From Selaginella moellendorffii (taxonomy: Eukaryota; Plantae; Lycopodiophyta): a DNA stretch of 64,000 nt. The DNA lies in NCBI RefSeq assembly GCF_000143415.4, contig NW_003314335.1, positions 722,834-786,833 of the forward strand. Reading direction: 5' to 3'. Made by a program: the position numbers and the translations under genes. Below, piece by piece: positions 1 to 13,004 of this stretch (positions are counted from its first letter, which is position 1; the number at the start of each line of letters is the position of its first letter). The notes beneath the pieces are model-generated. The model ran no database searches. It saw only the letters and a list, made by a program, of their open reading frames with translations, and was not told the DNA's origin.

Positions 1-158
1 TGCGGTGCGCAGAGAGCACGACTGGCCTGTATCCCTCTGCATTGCTCTGGAGCCTGAAAATCCTCGGCGCGCGACAGCACTCGCGCTCCGGTATAAAACG
101 GATGATGTAATCTTATATTAGACTAATCTAAACTTCCAGTTTGACGACCAAGGTTCTG

Positions 159-2015
159 CTAATGTTGACTATTTGAGATGAGAACTTGGCATACACGAAA
201 CTCTTCGTGCTCGTCTCCCATTCTCTCGAGCACAAGAGCGGCCCTGTCCATCTCTCCCAATTCACACAGCTTCTCTATCAGCTTGACAAAGGTGGCTGGA
301 TCCGGCCTCGCTGATTCCACCGCCCGAGTAACTTGGAGCATCACCATGAACGCGTGCTCGATCTGTCCAGCGCTGCAAAGCCCCTGGATCAAAACGCTGT
401 AAGTGGTCGAGTCCGGAAGGCTTCCCTCGGCGATCATCTCCTCGAGGACCCTCTCCGCCTCGTCCATCCTGCCGAGCTTGCAAAACCCCTCCACAAGGCT
501 GTTGTAAGTCGCGGTGTTTGCTCGGCACCCCTCCTCCGCCATCACCGTGAGAAATCTGGAAGCCAGATCCATCTCTCCGGTTTTGCAAAGCCCCGCGACG
601 TAGGCATTGCACACCAGGAGATTGGGAGCGTAGCCACACACCACCAGCTGCTCCAGGAACGCTCGAGCTTCCACCATTCTCCCCATCTCTGCAAACTTCT
701 GGACCATGATGCTGTAAGTCACGAAGTTTGGCTTGCACTTGCTGTGCGCCATCGTTTCCAGGAGCTTGGCGGCGCTGTCCATCTGATCGGTGTTGCAGAA
801 CAGCTCCAGTAGCGCGTTGAAGGTGACGATGGTCGGGCAGAATCCCATCTCCACCATGATGTCCGTCATGCCGAGCGCTTCCTCGGGCCGTGCCGCCTTG
901 CAGAAGGCGTGGAGGATCAAGTTGAGCGTCAGAATGTTGGGCTCGATGTTCCTGAGAAGCATCGTCTCCATTACCTTGCATGCCTCGTCCGGCCTCCCGG
1001 ATTTGCAGAGAAACTCCACCACCGGATTGAAAGTCACAGCTGTCAGAGCAAAACCAGCGCTTTCCATCACTCCCATGAGCTCGAAAGCCTCGTCGAGCAG
1101 GCCAGCTTTGCCGAGGCCCGTGGCCATCGCGTTGTAAGTCACCCGGTTTGGAGCCACGCCTCGCTTGGCCATGGCCTGGAGCTCTTCACGGGCCTCCTGG
1201 ATCCTCCCGGAGCTACACAGCGCATCAATGAGCGTGTTGTAGGAGACGCTGTTGGGCTTGCAATCCATGCGGTGGAGATGGCTCTTGGCCTCGTCCACAA
1301 AGCCAGCCTCGGAGAAACCTTTGAGCATGAGGTTGTGGAGAACGACCAAGCTCCCAGGGCTCATCCCTGTATCCTTGAACTCCTCCACAAGCCTCTTTGC
1401 CTCGTCGAACTCCCCGGCAAGGCAGTGGCCGTGGACGAGAGTTCCATACGTGAACTCACTGTGCACGAACTCCCCCAGAGTTTTTCGATTTAGCATCTCT
1501 CTCACCTGGTGGATTCTCCCGGCCTTGATGAGCGTGTTGAGCAGGCAATTGTATGCCACCGTGTTGGGCTTGTAGCAAGCTTCTCTGGTTAGCCACTGGA
1601 AGAACGCAAGAGCAACATCTGGATCTTTCGTTCTTTGCAAGATCTTGCACACTGCAATGTGGCTGAAGTAGAGGCCTTGGAATGCGGCTAGACTCCCCAC
1701 CAGAATTCCTTCCGGAAGCCTCGATTCGAGAAGCTTGCAAATCTCTGTCACTGAGTCTTCATCCACTACTGCAATGTTGACTGGAGGATCGAGCTCGCCA
1801 GGCTGCCGCTCCTGCGATTTCCTCTTCCTCCTGTATCGAGATTTCTTACCTGGTCTCTGGCCTGATAATATTTGCTCCTCGGCAGCAGTGGCACTGGCAT
1901 TCTTCCGGAAGCTCACATTTTGCTGGACGGCCTGCGCGCTGCAAGAAACCGGAGCTAAAGATGTCGAGGATGAGCTCGCGATCGCCACCGGAATGGCGCC
2001 GGCTAGCAGCGCCAT
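159..2015 (-). CDS. P-class pentatricopeptide repeat protein with probable organellar transit peptide
   Basis: Intronless 618-aa ORF with tandem 35-aa repeats (PNTVAYNCLLNTL, PNSVSYNTLIDALC, PDSTTYSVLIQGLC) and a Ser/Ala-rich N-terminus. Confidence 0.95.
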   Translation of the reverse strand: MALLAGAIPVAIASSSSTSLAPVSCSAQAVQQNVSFRKNASATAAEEQILSGQRPGKKSRYRRKRKSQERQPGELDPPVNIAVVDEDSVTEICKLLESRLPEGILVGSLAAFQGLYFSHIAVCKILQRTKDPDVALAFFQWLTREACYKPNTVAYNCLLNTLIKAGRIHQVREMLNRKTLGEFVHSEFTYGTLVHGHCLAGEFDEAKRLVEEFKDTGMSPGSLVVLHNLMLKGFSEAGFVDEAKSHLHRMDCKPNSVSYNTLIDALCSSGRIQEAREELQAMAKRGVAPNRVTYNAMATGLGKAGLLDEAFELMGVMESAGFALTAVTFNPVVEFLCKSGRPDEACKVMETMLLRNIEPNILTLNLILHAFCKAARPEEALGMTDIMVEMGFCPTIVTFNALLELFCNTDQMDSAAKLLETMAHSKCKPNFVTYSIMVQKFAEMGRMVEARAFLEQLVVCGYAPNLLVCNAYVAGLCKTGEMDLASRFLTVMAEEGCRANTATYNSLVEGFCKLGRMDEAERVLEEMIAEGSLPDSTTYSVLIQGLCSAGQIEHAFMVMLQVTRAVESARPDPATFVKLIEKLCELGEMDRAALVLERMGDEHEEFRVCQVLISNSQH

Positions 2016-2064
2016 GGCACATTCTTCGCTAGGGTTCTTCCCTGGCTAGGGTTTTTGGGATCGC

Positions 2065-2562
2065 ATGGCGGCATTTGTCTGTTCTTCCCCAATCCTGCTC
2101 TACTATCCCCCGATTCGTCCACACCAGCGATCCAGCATCGTCACGAGAACCCTACGAACCGATGGCGCCAGTAGCAGCAACGGATTCAGCGAGGATCCAC
2201 TGAGAAGACGCGGGAGCGGCAATAATCCCATCTCCACTCGTCTCGGGCAGCTGCTGGAAGCGAGAAGGATCGATCTGCTGGAGCGATTCCGGGAGATCCG
2301 ACGCAATTTGCCGCTCAAAGTGTTCTTGCTGCTGCTGGGATTCTACTCGGCCAACGCGCTGGCCACGGTGCTGGGGCAAACGGGGGACTGGGACGTGCTG
2401 GTGGCCGCGATCATCGTGGCTGTGATCGAAGGCATTGGATTTCTTATGTATAAGATGCCGCCCGTGACGGAGAAGCTGCGATTCCTGGTGAGAATGCTGA
2501 ATTACTGGAAAGCCGGCCTCTCCTTTGGTCTCTTCGTCGACGCATTCAAGCTTGGAAGCTAA
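2065..2562 (+). CDS. Ycf20-like (DUF565) plastid membrane protein
   Basis: 165-aa ORF with [24 protein letters not shown] and the C-terminal [11 protein letters not shown] typical of Ycf20. Confidence 0.9.
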   Translation: MAAFVCSSPILLYYPPIRPHQRSSIVTRTLRTDGASSSNGFSEDPLRRRGSGNNPISTRLGQLLEARRIDLLERFREIRRNLPLKVFLLLLGFYSANALATVLGQTGDWDVLVAAIIVAVIEGIGFLMYKMPPVTEKLRFLVRMLNYWKAGLSFGLFVDAFKLGS

Positions 2563-2684
2563 GAACCCTAAAAACAGAGGGGTACTTCCTGGGGTTCGAA
2601 CCGGTGACCTTGTGCTAGAGCTTATATTAATAGCAAACTATAAAAATACAGTAACCTTTCCATAGTGATAGTATTTCGATTGCG

Positions 2685-4137
2685 ATGAAGAAGAAAGAAG
2701 TGATATTTTCTGGGATGATCGTTCTCCTTGTTCTAGCGTATGGAGTTCTTCTTTTGTACGCTGTGACCGTCCATCTCACCGTGAGGCACTACGTGAATTT
2801 CAACTCAAGAACACGATTGCATACGATCAAACAAGACGTGGATCGCGATTTTGGAGCCACCAATCTCACGAACATTGTGTTTGGGATCAGCTCCAACGCC
2901 GCGATGTGGGATTCGCGCAAAGAACTCGTCAAGGCATGGTGGAGGCCGGAGGATCGAATGAGAGGCTTCGTTTGGCTGGACGAAGCAGTGAATTCCACTC
3001 TACCGGACCAGGACACGTTACCCGAGATCAAAGTTTCCAGTGACACCTCCAAGTTTCGATACACGTACGGAAGATCACCATCGAATGGAAGGCACCACAT
3101 CCGCATAGCAAGGATTGTCTCGGAGATGTTTCGCCTTGGGCTGGGAGACGTTCGCTGGTTCGTCATGGGCGACGATGACACGGTGTTTGTCCCCGGAAAC
3201 TTGGCGAAAGTTCTCGCAAAGTACGACCACCGGCAACCGTACTACATTGGATCAATCTCCGAGAGCCACTTCCAAAACGTGGATGGATTCTCGACAAACA
3301 TGGCGTACGGAGGCGCCGGATTCGCGATAAGCTACGCGCTCGCGGAGGAGCTTGACAAGGTCTTGGACTATTGCCTGGAGAGATACCATGGATTGTATAG
3401 CGCGGACGCTCGGATCCACGCCTGTGTGGCGGAATTGGGGGTTCCACTCACGGTGGAGCGTGGATTCCACCAGTTTGACGTGCTGGACGACGCCTCTGGA
3501 TTGCTCTCCTCGCACCCTCTGACGCCGCTCGTCTCGCTCCACCACATCGAGCTCCTGGATCCATTCTTCCCAAGGATGGGGAGGATCGAGAGCGTCAAGC
3601 ATCTGATCGGGAGCGCGCACGGGGTGGATCCGATGGGCTTGCTCCAGCAATCCTTCTGCTATGATCCCGATCGGAACTGGACGATCAAAGTGTCTTGGGG
3701 ATTCGTCGTCCAGATCCACCAGGGAGAGGTTCCAGAGAAGGATTTGGAGCTTCCAGTGAGAACATTCTCTGGGTGGCACCGCGACCGTGATCGCGTGGGG
3801 ATTGCCTTCACGACGAGAGAGAACCCGGTGGACCTGTGTGACCGGCCGGTCAACTTTTATTTGACCCGGTCAACGGGGCTCGAAGGCGGGAAGTCAAGCA
3901 GTAGCTATGCGCGGGAAGAGAGGACACGGTGGAAGTGCTTACGCTCGGAGAAGGATTTATCCATGGTGAAAACTATACGCGTGGTCAAGGATATAACTCC
4001 GGATCCATGGCTGCTAGAGGTAAAGTTAACTTTACTTTTTAATCCCGAGTGAAGTTTGGTTTTACCAGGCTCCTAGGAGGCAGTGTTGTACGATACAAAA
4101 GCACGGGGCAACGATGGAGTTGAGAGTAGAGAATTGA
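2685..4137 (+). CDS. DUF604 / fringe-like (GT31-related) glycosyltransferase, copy 1
   Basis: N-terminal TM helix, IVFGI, WFVMGDDDT, MAYGGAGFAIS, LVSLHH. GT-AG intron 4020-4068 (49 bp), last exon APRRQCC... Confidence 0.9.
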
Positions 4138-4673
4138 TATTTTAGGGCTATGATAGCTGAGGGTTTTAGCGCCATGGATCTTGATAGCGAAGTTTTGCGC
4201 GATTGATCGCTAGGGAGGGTAAGGCTGTTCTAGAGCACGATCCATTGCTGGTAGGGAGGGGATTTATAGTCGATGGAACGCGCTCTAGAGCCGCGGGGTT
4301 TTGGAGTGATTCGAAGCCGCATTTTGCCGATCGGCACGATATTTTCGAGATGGATCGCGATACAGAATCTCCGTTTTTGTTGTTTTCCAGGAAAAAGGGA
4401 AGCTCGTTTTGGAAACTCCACAAGTAAGTTTCGAACTCTTGCGTAGAGTGTTTTTGCTCGTTTGCTTGCGAGTTTTGGCCAGAGAGTTTCTCTTCTTCTC
4501 ATCTCCTAAAGTAGCGCGGCAAAGAGTCCTTTTAAAAGTAGCTGATTTCTCTACCGGCCTCTCTTCCTTGTAGAATGGTTTCTAGCTTCCTGCCCATCCG
4601 TGCTGCCAGGCATTTGGTTCTTCCAGCGATGGCTACAAATCTTTGTCTTTCTGGGTAGAATGTTTCGTGCATC

Positions 4674-6124
4674 ATGGCTGCCAGGCAGTTGTTCTTTGCA
4701 ACGATAATTCTTCTTGCTACAAGCTGCGTCCTTGTTCTCTTGGGAACTAACTTCTCTTCACAGAAGCTCTACCGTGGCTATTTCTGCGATCGCCATCTTA
4801 GGAGCGGCAGCAGCAGCAGCAGCACGACCAAAGTGGAGAATATAATGTTTGGGATCGGAGCAGGGTCACAGACTTGGGATCACAGGAAGAACTACGTGAG
4901 GCTTTGGTGGCGGCCGAATCAAACGAGAGGGGTGGTCTCGCTGGACAGCGCTGTGCGAGACATGCACGATGGATCGCTACCTCCGCTCCAAGTCGTCGAC
5001 AACAACGAGCTTTCGAGAAACTTCACCTTGACGGACCAGCAGATGAAGGACCAGATTAGAGTCTCGAGGCTTCCTTCGGAGTTGTTCCGGCTCAAGTTTT
5101 TCGGGGTGCATTGGTTCGTTCTTTCAGACGACGACACCTTCTTCGTCGTGGACAATCTCGCTCGGGTTCTCTCCAAGTACGACCACAGTCAGTTTTACTA
5201 CATCGGTGCTTTTTCGGAGAGCCACTACCAGAGTGTTACAGGGTTCTCGACAAACATGGCTTTCGGGGGTGCTGGGATTGCACTGAGCTACTCACTTGTG
5301 GAAGCGCTCGAGAAAATGCAGGACGACTGCATTAGGAGGAACGATCACGTATGGGGTGTCGACGGCAAGCTACAAGCTTGCATGGCAGAACTTGGCGTGC
5401 CACTGACGTTGGACAGAGGATTTCATCAGGTAAATGGCTGGCTGCTCGAGCTCCTCAAAACTTTCGTGCTCTAGCAGATGGACATTCGTGGAGATGCTAT
5501 CGGGTTGCTCGACTCTCACCCGACTACTCCGTTGGTTTCATTGCACCACTTGGATACGGTCGATCCTATTTTCCCAGGAATGAATCGGATTCAAGCGTTG
5601 GCTCATCTTTCGCTTGCCATTCGGGCTGATCCTTCTGCCGTCTTACAGCAGTCTTTTTGCTACAACGATGTCTACGACTGGACGCTGAAAGTGTCTTGGG
5701 GATTTGTCGTGCAAGTCAACAGGGGCTATGTATCTCCCAGAGAGCTGGAGTATCCGTCCAGAACTTTTGTGGAGTGGTTTGGCTGTACTGCAGGTTCTTG
5801 CCTTAACTTTAAGACAAGACAGATCGATCGCAGCGATCCCTGCTTGAGCACCGTTTCATTCTTTATGCTCAACGTCAGCCAGGATGGTCTAGACAGCAAC
5901 TATTTCAAGAGGACAGGCGCAGGCAGCTGCGAAGATAGAGATCCTTTGTCACGCCTCGAGATAATTCGTGTAAGAAAACAACGCAGCCAGTACCGAGTAA
6001 GTGCACTTTTCTCGTGTTTCTGTTTACTTATTTGTCTTTTACTTAGGCCTTAAGAAGACAATGCTGCAGCATTCGCGAGCCTTCTAAGCAAAATGAACAT
6101 GAGCTAGAGATCAAGGATTGTTGA
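4674..6124 (+). CDS. DUF604 / fringe-like glycosyltransferase, copy 2
   Basis: Same motifs (WFVLSDDDT, MAFGGAG). Introns 5430-5477 and 5997-6046, last exon ALRRQCC...IKDC*. Confidence 0.9.
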
Positions 6125-6300
6125 AACGTTTTTTATTCCTTAACATGCTAACTTTCATGATCGCTTGCGTACGCTTACGAAATGTCACTCTGATGTGCAG
6201 GTGACGTAGTGGTATGTGATTCACACTTATCAGTGTGATCATGTCGAAAGCGTGTGATTCTACTCTTAAGGTAACTTCGAGTGAGTCGTTTTGTGGCTCC

Positions 6301-7719
6301 ATGGATGTAACAAAGCTGTTCTCTTGTGCAGTTGGAATTACAGCTCTTGTAAGCTGTTACATGATTATTACTCAGCGTTTGCAGCCTCTTCTTCCACGGA
6401 GTTTAGAGACTGGCAGCTTAGGTGGCGTGACCAGTTTGGAAAACATCGTGTTTGGAATAGGAGCCAGCTCTCGTACTTGGGAACACAGGAAAAGATACAT
6501 AAAGCTTTGGTGGAGACCAAACGAGACGCGAGGTATTGTTTCACTGGACAGACGGGTACCTAACATGAAGGACAGCTCTCTACCTCCGGTCAGAGTTTCG
6601 GACAACGCGAAGCTATCAGCAATGTTTAGAGCCAGGGGGAAACACATGAGGATCACATTAGGATTACAAGGCTTTCGTCAGAGTTGTTCCGGTTGAACTT
6701 CTCTCGGGTGCATTGGTTCGTTCTCTCCGACGACGACACCTTCTTTGCGCTCGACAACCTTGTCCAGGTTCTCTCGAGGTATGATCACCGGGAGTTTTAC
6801 TACATAGGTGGCTTATCTGAGAGTCATCACCAGAGTGTGCTGGGCTTCTCAACCAGCATGGCGTTCGGGGGAGCAGGAATTGCAATGAGCTACGCGCTGG
6901 TGGAAGCACTAGAGAAAATCCAGGACGATTGCATCAGAAGGAACTATCATGTCTGGGGTGTCGATGGGAAGCTGCAAGCTTGCATGGCAGAGCTCGGTGT
7001 GCCATTGACAATTGAGAAAGGATTCCATCAGGTAAGAAATCCGCTTTATTCCTAATGATCAGTTCACTCATTTATCCTTTCTCCTAGATGGACTTGCACG
7101 GAGATGTTATAAGTTTCTTGGCTTCACATCCCCACTCTCCGCTGGTTAGTCTGCATCACATAGACGGATTCAATCCAATATTTCCCGGGATGAGTCGAAT
7201 GGAGGCGCTGGACCATCTCTCCACTGCAATCCAGTCGAATCCATCAGCTGTTCTTCAACAGTCGTTCTGCTACAACCAGGGGAGCGCATGGGGGTACGTT
7301 GTCCAAGTGAGCAGGGGCTTCATTTCTCCTAGAGACTTGGAGCACCCAGTGAAGACTTTCGCCGACTGGCTGGGGTGCCGCTATCGTCCTTGCCTCAACT
7401 TTAGGACCAGGAATCCTTCTGGCGATCCTTGTGGACGTAGCATACGGTTTTTCATGGTTAACGTAAGCAGGGATGGTTTTTACAGCAGATACCTCAGAGG
7501 AAACAGTTCAAGCAAGTGTCTCCTTGAGGATCCTCTAGCAAAGCTCGAGACGATACATATATGGCTGAAACAGACACAGACCCGGGTAAGCCAGTGTGCC
7601 AACTTTGGGAACTGACTTTGTTTTGTGGCCATGCTCTTTAGGCTCCAAGGCGGCAATGTTACAACATTCTAAATCCACGCGAGCAGGATAAACATCATTT
7701 GGAAATAAAAGATTGTTAG
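6301..7719 (+). pseudogene. DUF604 glycosyltransferase copy 3, frameshifted
   Basis: Aligns with copy 2 but has a 1-bp deletion at ~6649 (atgaggatcac vs atgaaggaccag) and a short in-frame deletion in exon 2. Intron positions are conserved. Could be a sequencing error. Confidence 0.75.
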
Positions 7720-7884
7720 CTGAGAGCTCGATGTATTATAATTGTTTTTGAGATATTTCGATCCACATCCAGATTCAGGTACACGTTCATATTTTCGTCT
7801 CGAGAGCTAAATCAGGTGTCACGATTACAGGATTATTTCACCGTGATGGTATAAATTGATCTTTTGAGGCTGTCTCACGCAGCA

Positions 7885-9777
7885 ATGGAATTCACTTCCC
7901 GGTTTCTCCTCATTTCGTGCCTCATTGCTGTAGCTTCATTCTGTTTTGCAGCTGCAGGTCGCTGTCACACTCACTGCTATTGCTTGCCTCACCAACGATG
8001 CTTCCCATCTCCTCCAGTTTGGCATTCTTTCAGCAAGGACATTGGTGGTCGACTGATCCAAGCAAGGTAAAGAGTCCTCTTCAACATTCTGATTCATTGG
8101 AAACACACACTTCTTTTCTCCTTTCTCTTCCAGGCCAGCTGCGTATCCGTGCCACGATCCACACTATGACGAAGCAGCCTGCAAAGTTGCCAAAACAAAG
8201 TGGACCGATGCACTGTGGAGGTCGGACCAAGTTGGCGCTTCTCAGCATCCCCAGTGGGACTCGTTCAAGCAGCAGAAGTGCCTCATCAACGCTAGCGACA
8301 CTTGCTACCAGGGTGCTGTTCCAATCTATGCCGTGGACGTGCGCCAGGCCGATGATGTGTCCAAGGCTTTTGCTTTTGCCACCAAGCACCACATCCGTGT
8401 GATTGTCAAGAACACTGGCCACGACTACCTTGGACGCAGTGACGGGAGAGGTGCTCTCAGCATCTGGACTCACAACCTCAAGACGATCGATTTCTCGGAC
8501 AACTTCGAACGATTCCAGTGTCCATTCGACAGCAAAGACGGCCAAGTGTCGGCCGTGACTGTGGGAGCTGGCGTCCAGTTTGGAGAATTGTACAAGGCTG
8601 TTGCTGCGCAAAACAAAATCGTCATTGGTGCCTTCAGTGCGAGGTAAGTTATCTCTCTTGAATTTCTCTTGATGATCCAACTTGAGCTTTTGACCCTCCC
8701 AGTGTTGGTGCTGCGGGAGGATACGTCGGAGGTGGTGGACACAGCGTTCTTGCGCCAACTTATGGCCTCCCAGCCGACAACATCCTCGAGATCAACGTGG
8801 TGACACCTGATGGAAGCTACTTCGTGGCCAACGAGTGCCAGAACAAGGATCTCTTCTGGGCTCTCCGGGGTGGCGGCCCGGCAACGTTTGGCGTGGTTCT
8901 CAGCGTCACTTACAGGACACACCCGGCACCGGCAGCTGTCACCAACGTCCACCACGAGGTCTCAGCCAACGATTCTTCCAGCCTGAGGGACTTCATCGCC
9001 GAGTACGCCAGGCTCATGCCATCCATCGCAGACAAGGGATATGGAGGAAGCTTTGCCGCCCTTCCCAATGCCGGTCACTTGAACTACGTTCTCCCTGGAG
9101 GCAACCAGAGCGCAGCACAGCAGGACTGGCAGCCACTGGTGGACTTCGCGGCCAGCCACCCCGGGCTCAACGTGCTCCAGAGAGTCACCATGTTTCCAAA
9201 CTTCTATGCCTTCTTCAACGCCACCCTGTGCAACAGGTTTAAAACGCAGTGCACGGACCTGACGGGAACCAACGAGATCCTGGCCAGCAGGCTTCTTCCC
9301 AGGTCGCTGTTTGTCAACTCCCCGGACGCCATCGCCGACGCCTACATGGACATCCTCACCAGGAACTCGAGCAACGGCGCCAGGAACTTCATCCTCACCA
9401 TGAGCGTTGGTGGTGGAGCTGGAGCTCTGGGTGACGAGCACAGTGCTGCGCTGAATCCTGCGTGGAGGAAGGCCCTGTGGCACACTATCATCCAGGCCGT
9501 GTGGGACGACGATGCAAGCGACGATGTGATCCAGCACAAGTTTGTGGACATCACGAATGCGAACCAGGTGTTTAGAGACTTGGCACCGGAGTCTGGGAGC
9601 TACATGAACGAGGGCGATTACAACGAGCCGGATTGGCAGACGTCGTTCTTCGGTGAGCACTACGAGAGGCTTGTCGAGATCAAGGCGCTGGTTGATCCCC
9701 ATGACGTGCTGGCGTGCCGCAACTGCGTTGGAAGCGAGGCATGGGACACCGATTTCTTCTGTAGGAAAGATCACTAA
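7885..9777 (+). CDS. Secreted FAD-linked oxidoreductase (VAO/BBE-like superfamily, fungal-type)
   Basis: Signal peptide, Cys-rich N-terminus, KNTGHDYLGRS FAD-attachment motif, LSIWTH, GGYVGGGGH, DLFWALRGGG, GSYMNE, YERLVEIK. Introns 8067-8133 and 8644-8702 restore one frame. Confidence 0.9.
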
Positions 9778-10094
9778 ACTATGATGTGCTCACATTTCTA
9801 ACATACTGTTTTTTGAGCTTTAAAAATTATTCTAATATTACTTGGTGAGTTATCCATTGAGACATTTATCAGGAATGTCTCATCACATGGCTACAAGATG
9901 TTTCATAGTTTGTTTACATAAACTTTACAGTGTGTGTTTAACCACACAATGGATAGCTTGCACCATTTACACATTCGAGCTGGATTTTCTTCATCACCAG
10001 AATAGCTTTTGATTACTTCCTGTTCAGGCACCACTTTCCATCAAACTCACTTTTGCTGTTGTTCGATCCAGCTCTTCTTTGTGCTGTGGAACAG

Positions 10095-11760
10095 ATGAGT
10101 CCCAATGCCACCAACTTTGTGCACACCTTGAGAGCAGCCATGAAAGGGGGTTTGGGAGGATCTGGAAGTGCTGCATTTGCAAGAAGAGCTCCAGTGTCAG
10201 CTGGGGCTCGTCATCTTCTGAGTAACTTAGGATAAGCGACCCATGTCCGGGCTTGGGATTTTATCGAAGGCCTGCAGCTTCCACACTTGGCCATACATGT
10301 GAACGAACGTGCTGGCTCCAAACACGTCTGTGACAAGTCCCTGGGAGTGGATTGCCATTCCTACTTCCATTGCCGTCGACTTTCTGCCCTTCCTCTTTCA
10401 CCACGACGAGAGTGCAGGCTTTGAGAGCTGTGACAAAAGATCGAGAATCCGGTGCGATTCTTTCGTCACTACCAGCAATCATCCGAGAGAACAAGTCGAG
10501 GCCAAGCTCGACCTCGTTATTCTCTGCGTAGCCGAGCAACAGGACGTTCGACGACACCACTGTTCTACAAGCCAAGACCCTCCTGGCATCGACCAGGCAT
10601 CACACCTGGCGTACATGTCCACCAGCGTGCTGGCCACCATGGTATCCGAGTCGCAGCGGCAGCTTACAGCTTGTGCGTGGATGCGTTTGCCTCTGGACAG
10701 CGATTCTAGCTTCACAATCCTTCCATCGAGTTCTCATCCGGCTCCCTCAACACAAGACCAATGCAGGCCCTGAGAGCAGCCATGAAGGTGAGGGAGTTGA
10801 CGATGGAGTAGGCCTCCTGGTCTTGCAAGCAGTCGAAGACTTCCAGAGCCATCTCGTCACAGTTTTCAATGTAGCCGAGCGTGAGGGCTGGCCAAAAGTA
10901 TGAGTATGCTGCCACACTCGGAGTACCTGCCGCCCAAGGGAGCTGGCAACGAACAAGTTACCGTCAAAGCCACTTGGAGTAGCTTTCAAGTGCAAGGCCA
11001 TGCCACAGCCAAGACACTTCACTTTGACGAGCCTGTCGTGGATCTCCTGGCCGGTGTCCTTGTTACACGCTTTGAGAACGGCCATGAAGCTTCTATCATC
11101 CGGGGAGAAGCCCTGAGCTTCCATGGACCAGAAAGTTCCAGAGCGAGCTCTTCCTCGCCTCTCTCTGCATAGCCGCTAATCAACGAGTTCCACGACACCA
11201 CAGTCCACCCCGCCATCCTGTCGAAGACCATCCGAGCATCGAGCAGGCTGTCACACTTGGAGTACATGTCTTAGCCAAGGAACTCACAGCCGGAAGTCAC
11301 AGCTCGGGAGTGGATTTCCATGCCCCGTTCGAGGCTCCTGTCACCACCACCTTGTTCTCGGCCCGAGTATAGGTTGCTCGTCTTCCTTGGCCACGACGCT
11401 GGTGCAAGCTTTGAGAGCGGGCACAAAGGTTCCTGGGTGGCAGGCTGTAGTCGGACTCCATCTTCGAGAAGAGGTCGAGGGCAAGCTCTCCCTGGCCGCT
11501 GTCCGTGTAGCGGAGCATGAGGGCGTTCCAGGGGACAGCAGTGGCGTAGCAGCAGTCGAGAATGGAGTCGAAGTCGGCAAGTGAGTGGCGGTGCTAGCGT
11601 GTGGCTGCGATCTCGGATGCAAGCAGCGTGAATAAGCTTCCCGGCCTCCAGGTCCCGGGTGCTGCCCGTGACAAAGACATCGGGACTTTGAAGCGCTGCC
11701 TCGTCTTCCCTGAAGAACTGTCACTAGGGTGGGAAAGGATGGAGAAACACTCACGCGCTT
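10095..11760 (-). pseudogene. Degenerate PLS-class PPR gene (left arm of inverted duplication)
   Basis: Broken frames carry VASTLVDMYARC and MYSKCDSLLDARMVFDRM..VVSWNSLISGYA. Confidence 0.8.
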
Positions 11761-13004
11761 TGCTGCCTGAGGGTTCTAAAGGTATTAAGTAAAAGTTCAG
11801 TACATTTCTTGTGTGAGAAATCTGCAGGAATTTCTGGTTGCATTCACAGAGAACCTAGATGATCCAGTAAATTCTCAGCGTTCTCTTGGCTGGGGAACGC
11901 GATCAAAATCGCCACTGTTGATAATCATCTGAGTCTAGAGAAAAAAATTTGCTCTTGAAAGTTTTCTTTGGACTAAGCTGGATTTGCTGGCTTACAAACC
12001 GACTCATTATGTTTCTAGGAAATCACTCTAGAGAAAAACACAATTCTACAGGTGTCCTATCAGAGGCAAGATTCCAATCCATTTGCTTTTCAGGTATGAA
12101 CAAATGTAAATCCTTTTGCTTGTGAGACCAAGCAACTCCATCACCTCTCTTAGAATCGCTGAGTTTTCTTCTTCATCGCCCACTTCATGGTTTGCCTTCC
12201 AGGCCACTTCCCCAAAGAGCGAGGAAAGCTCCTCCTCTTCTTGCATGAACTCCTCGTCCATGGAACTCGTCTTTCCACCCTCAGAAACATGCTCCCAGCC
12301 TTCCTCGTCATCATTAGCTATCCACTTCGCCAAAGAGCTTGTAGAGGAGCTCTTCCTCTTGCAAATACCAGGCTCTCTCTTTGCACAATTCATTTGCTGC
12401 CCATGTGAAGTCCATCTTCACTCCTTTATTCATCCACAACTGATCACAAGCGCGATAGATCTTCTCTCGAAAGTAATAGTTATAATCCCATTATTTATAT
12501 ACTAATATTTTTCCTTTTGCAAGGGATGGGGGCACGTTTGCCCAGGATCTTCCATCTTCTTATAAGCCTTGGAGAGCCAGGAGTGACGTTAATACTGGTG
12601 GAGCTCAGGTGAATTGCAAGCATGGTCGGCTGCCAGTTTGAGATCCAAAAGTTCCCATGAAATTTAGGTCGTCATCTTTTCAATCTCTTTAACAATTCAA
12701 AACGTTTATGCACGTATTTCCAGCTAGTGCTTTCTAGCATTAAAGTGACTGTAAGGTGGGATTCATTTTTTACTCATCCCGTGAAGCCAGTACGTCCAGG
12801 TTCCACGGTCTATACCTCCCATCGCTCCATCGGCTCATCGCATGATCCATGCAGGTGATGATATATAAAACTGGAAAAAAAAAACCACGTAGCTATAGCT
12901 TTGCAATCTCCTTATCCATTCATTTCATATATGGTTTTCATCAAGAGATCCACGCTCGTCCGGCCAGTGTCACCAGTTCTCAATGGATCACGGCAGCTTT
13001 CGGT

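Noticed and set aside
262-1740. Alternative-frame and antisense ORFs over the PPR gene (also 8962-9774)
   Set aside because: Shadow ORFs of GC-rich coding sequence with no motifs.
2588-2612. GGTCACCGGTTCGAACCCC (minus strand), tRNA T-arm-like
   Set aside because: No D-arm, anticodon arm or acceptor pairing; at most a B-box or relic.
4166-4502. Short ORFs between DUF604 copies
   Set aside because: No recognisable motif or splice structure.
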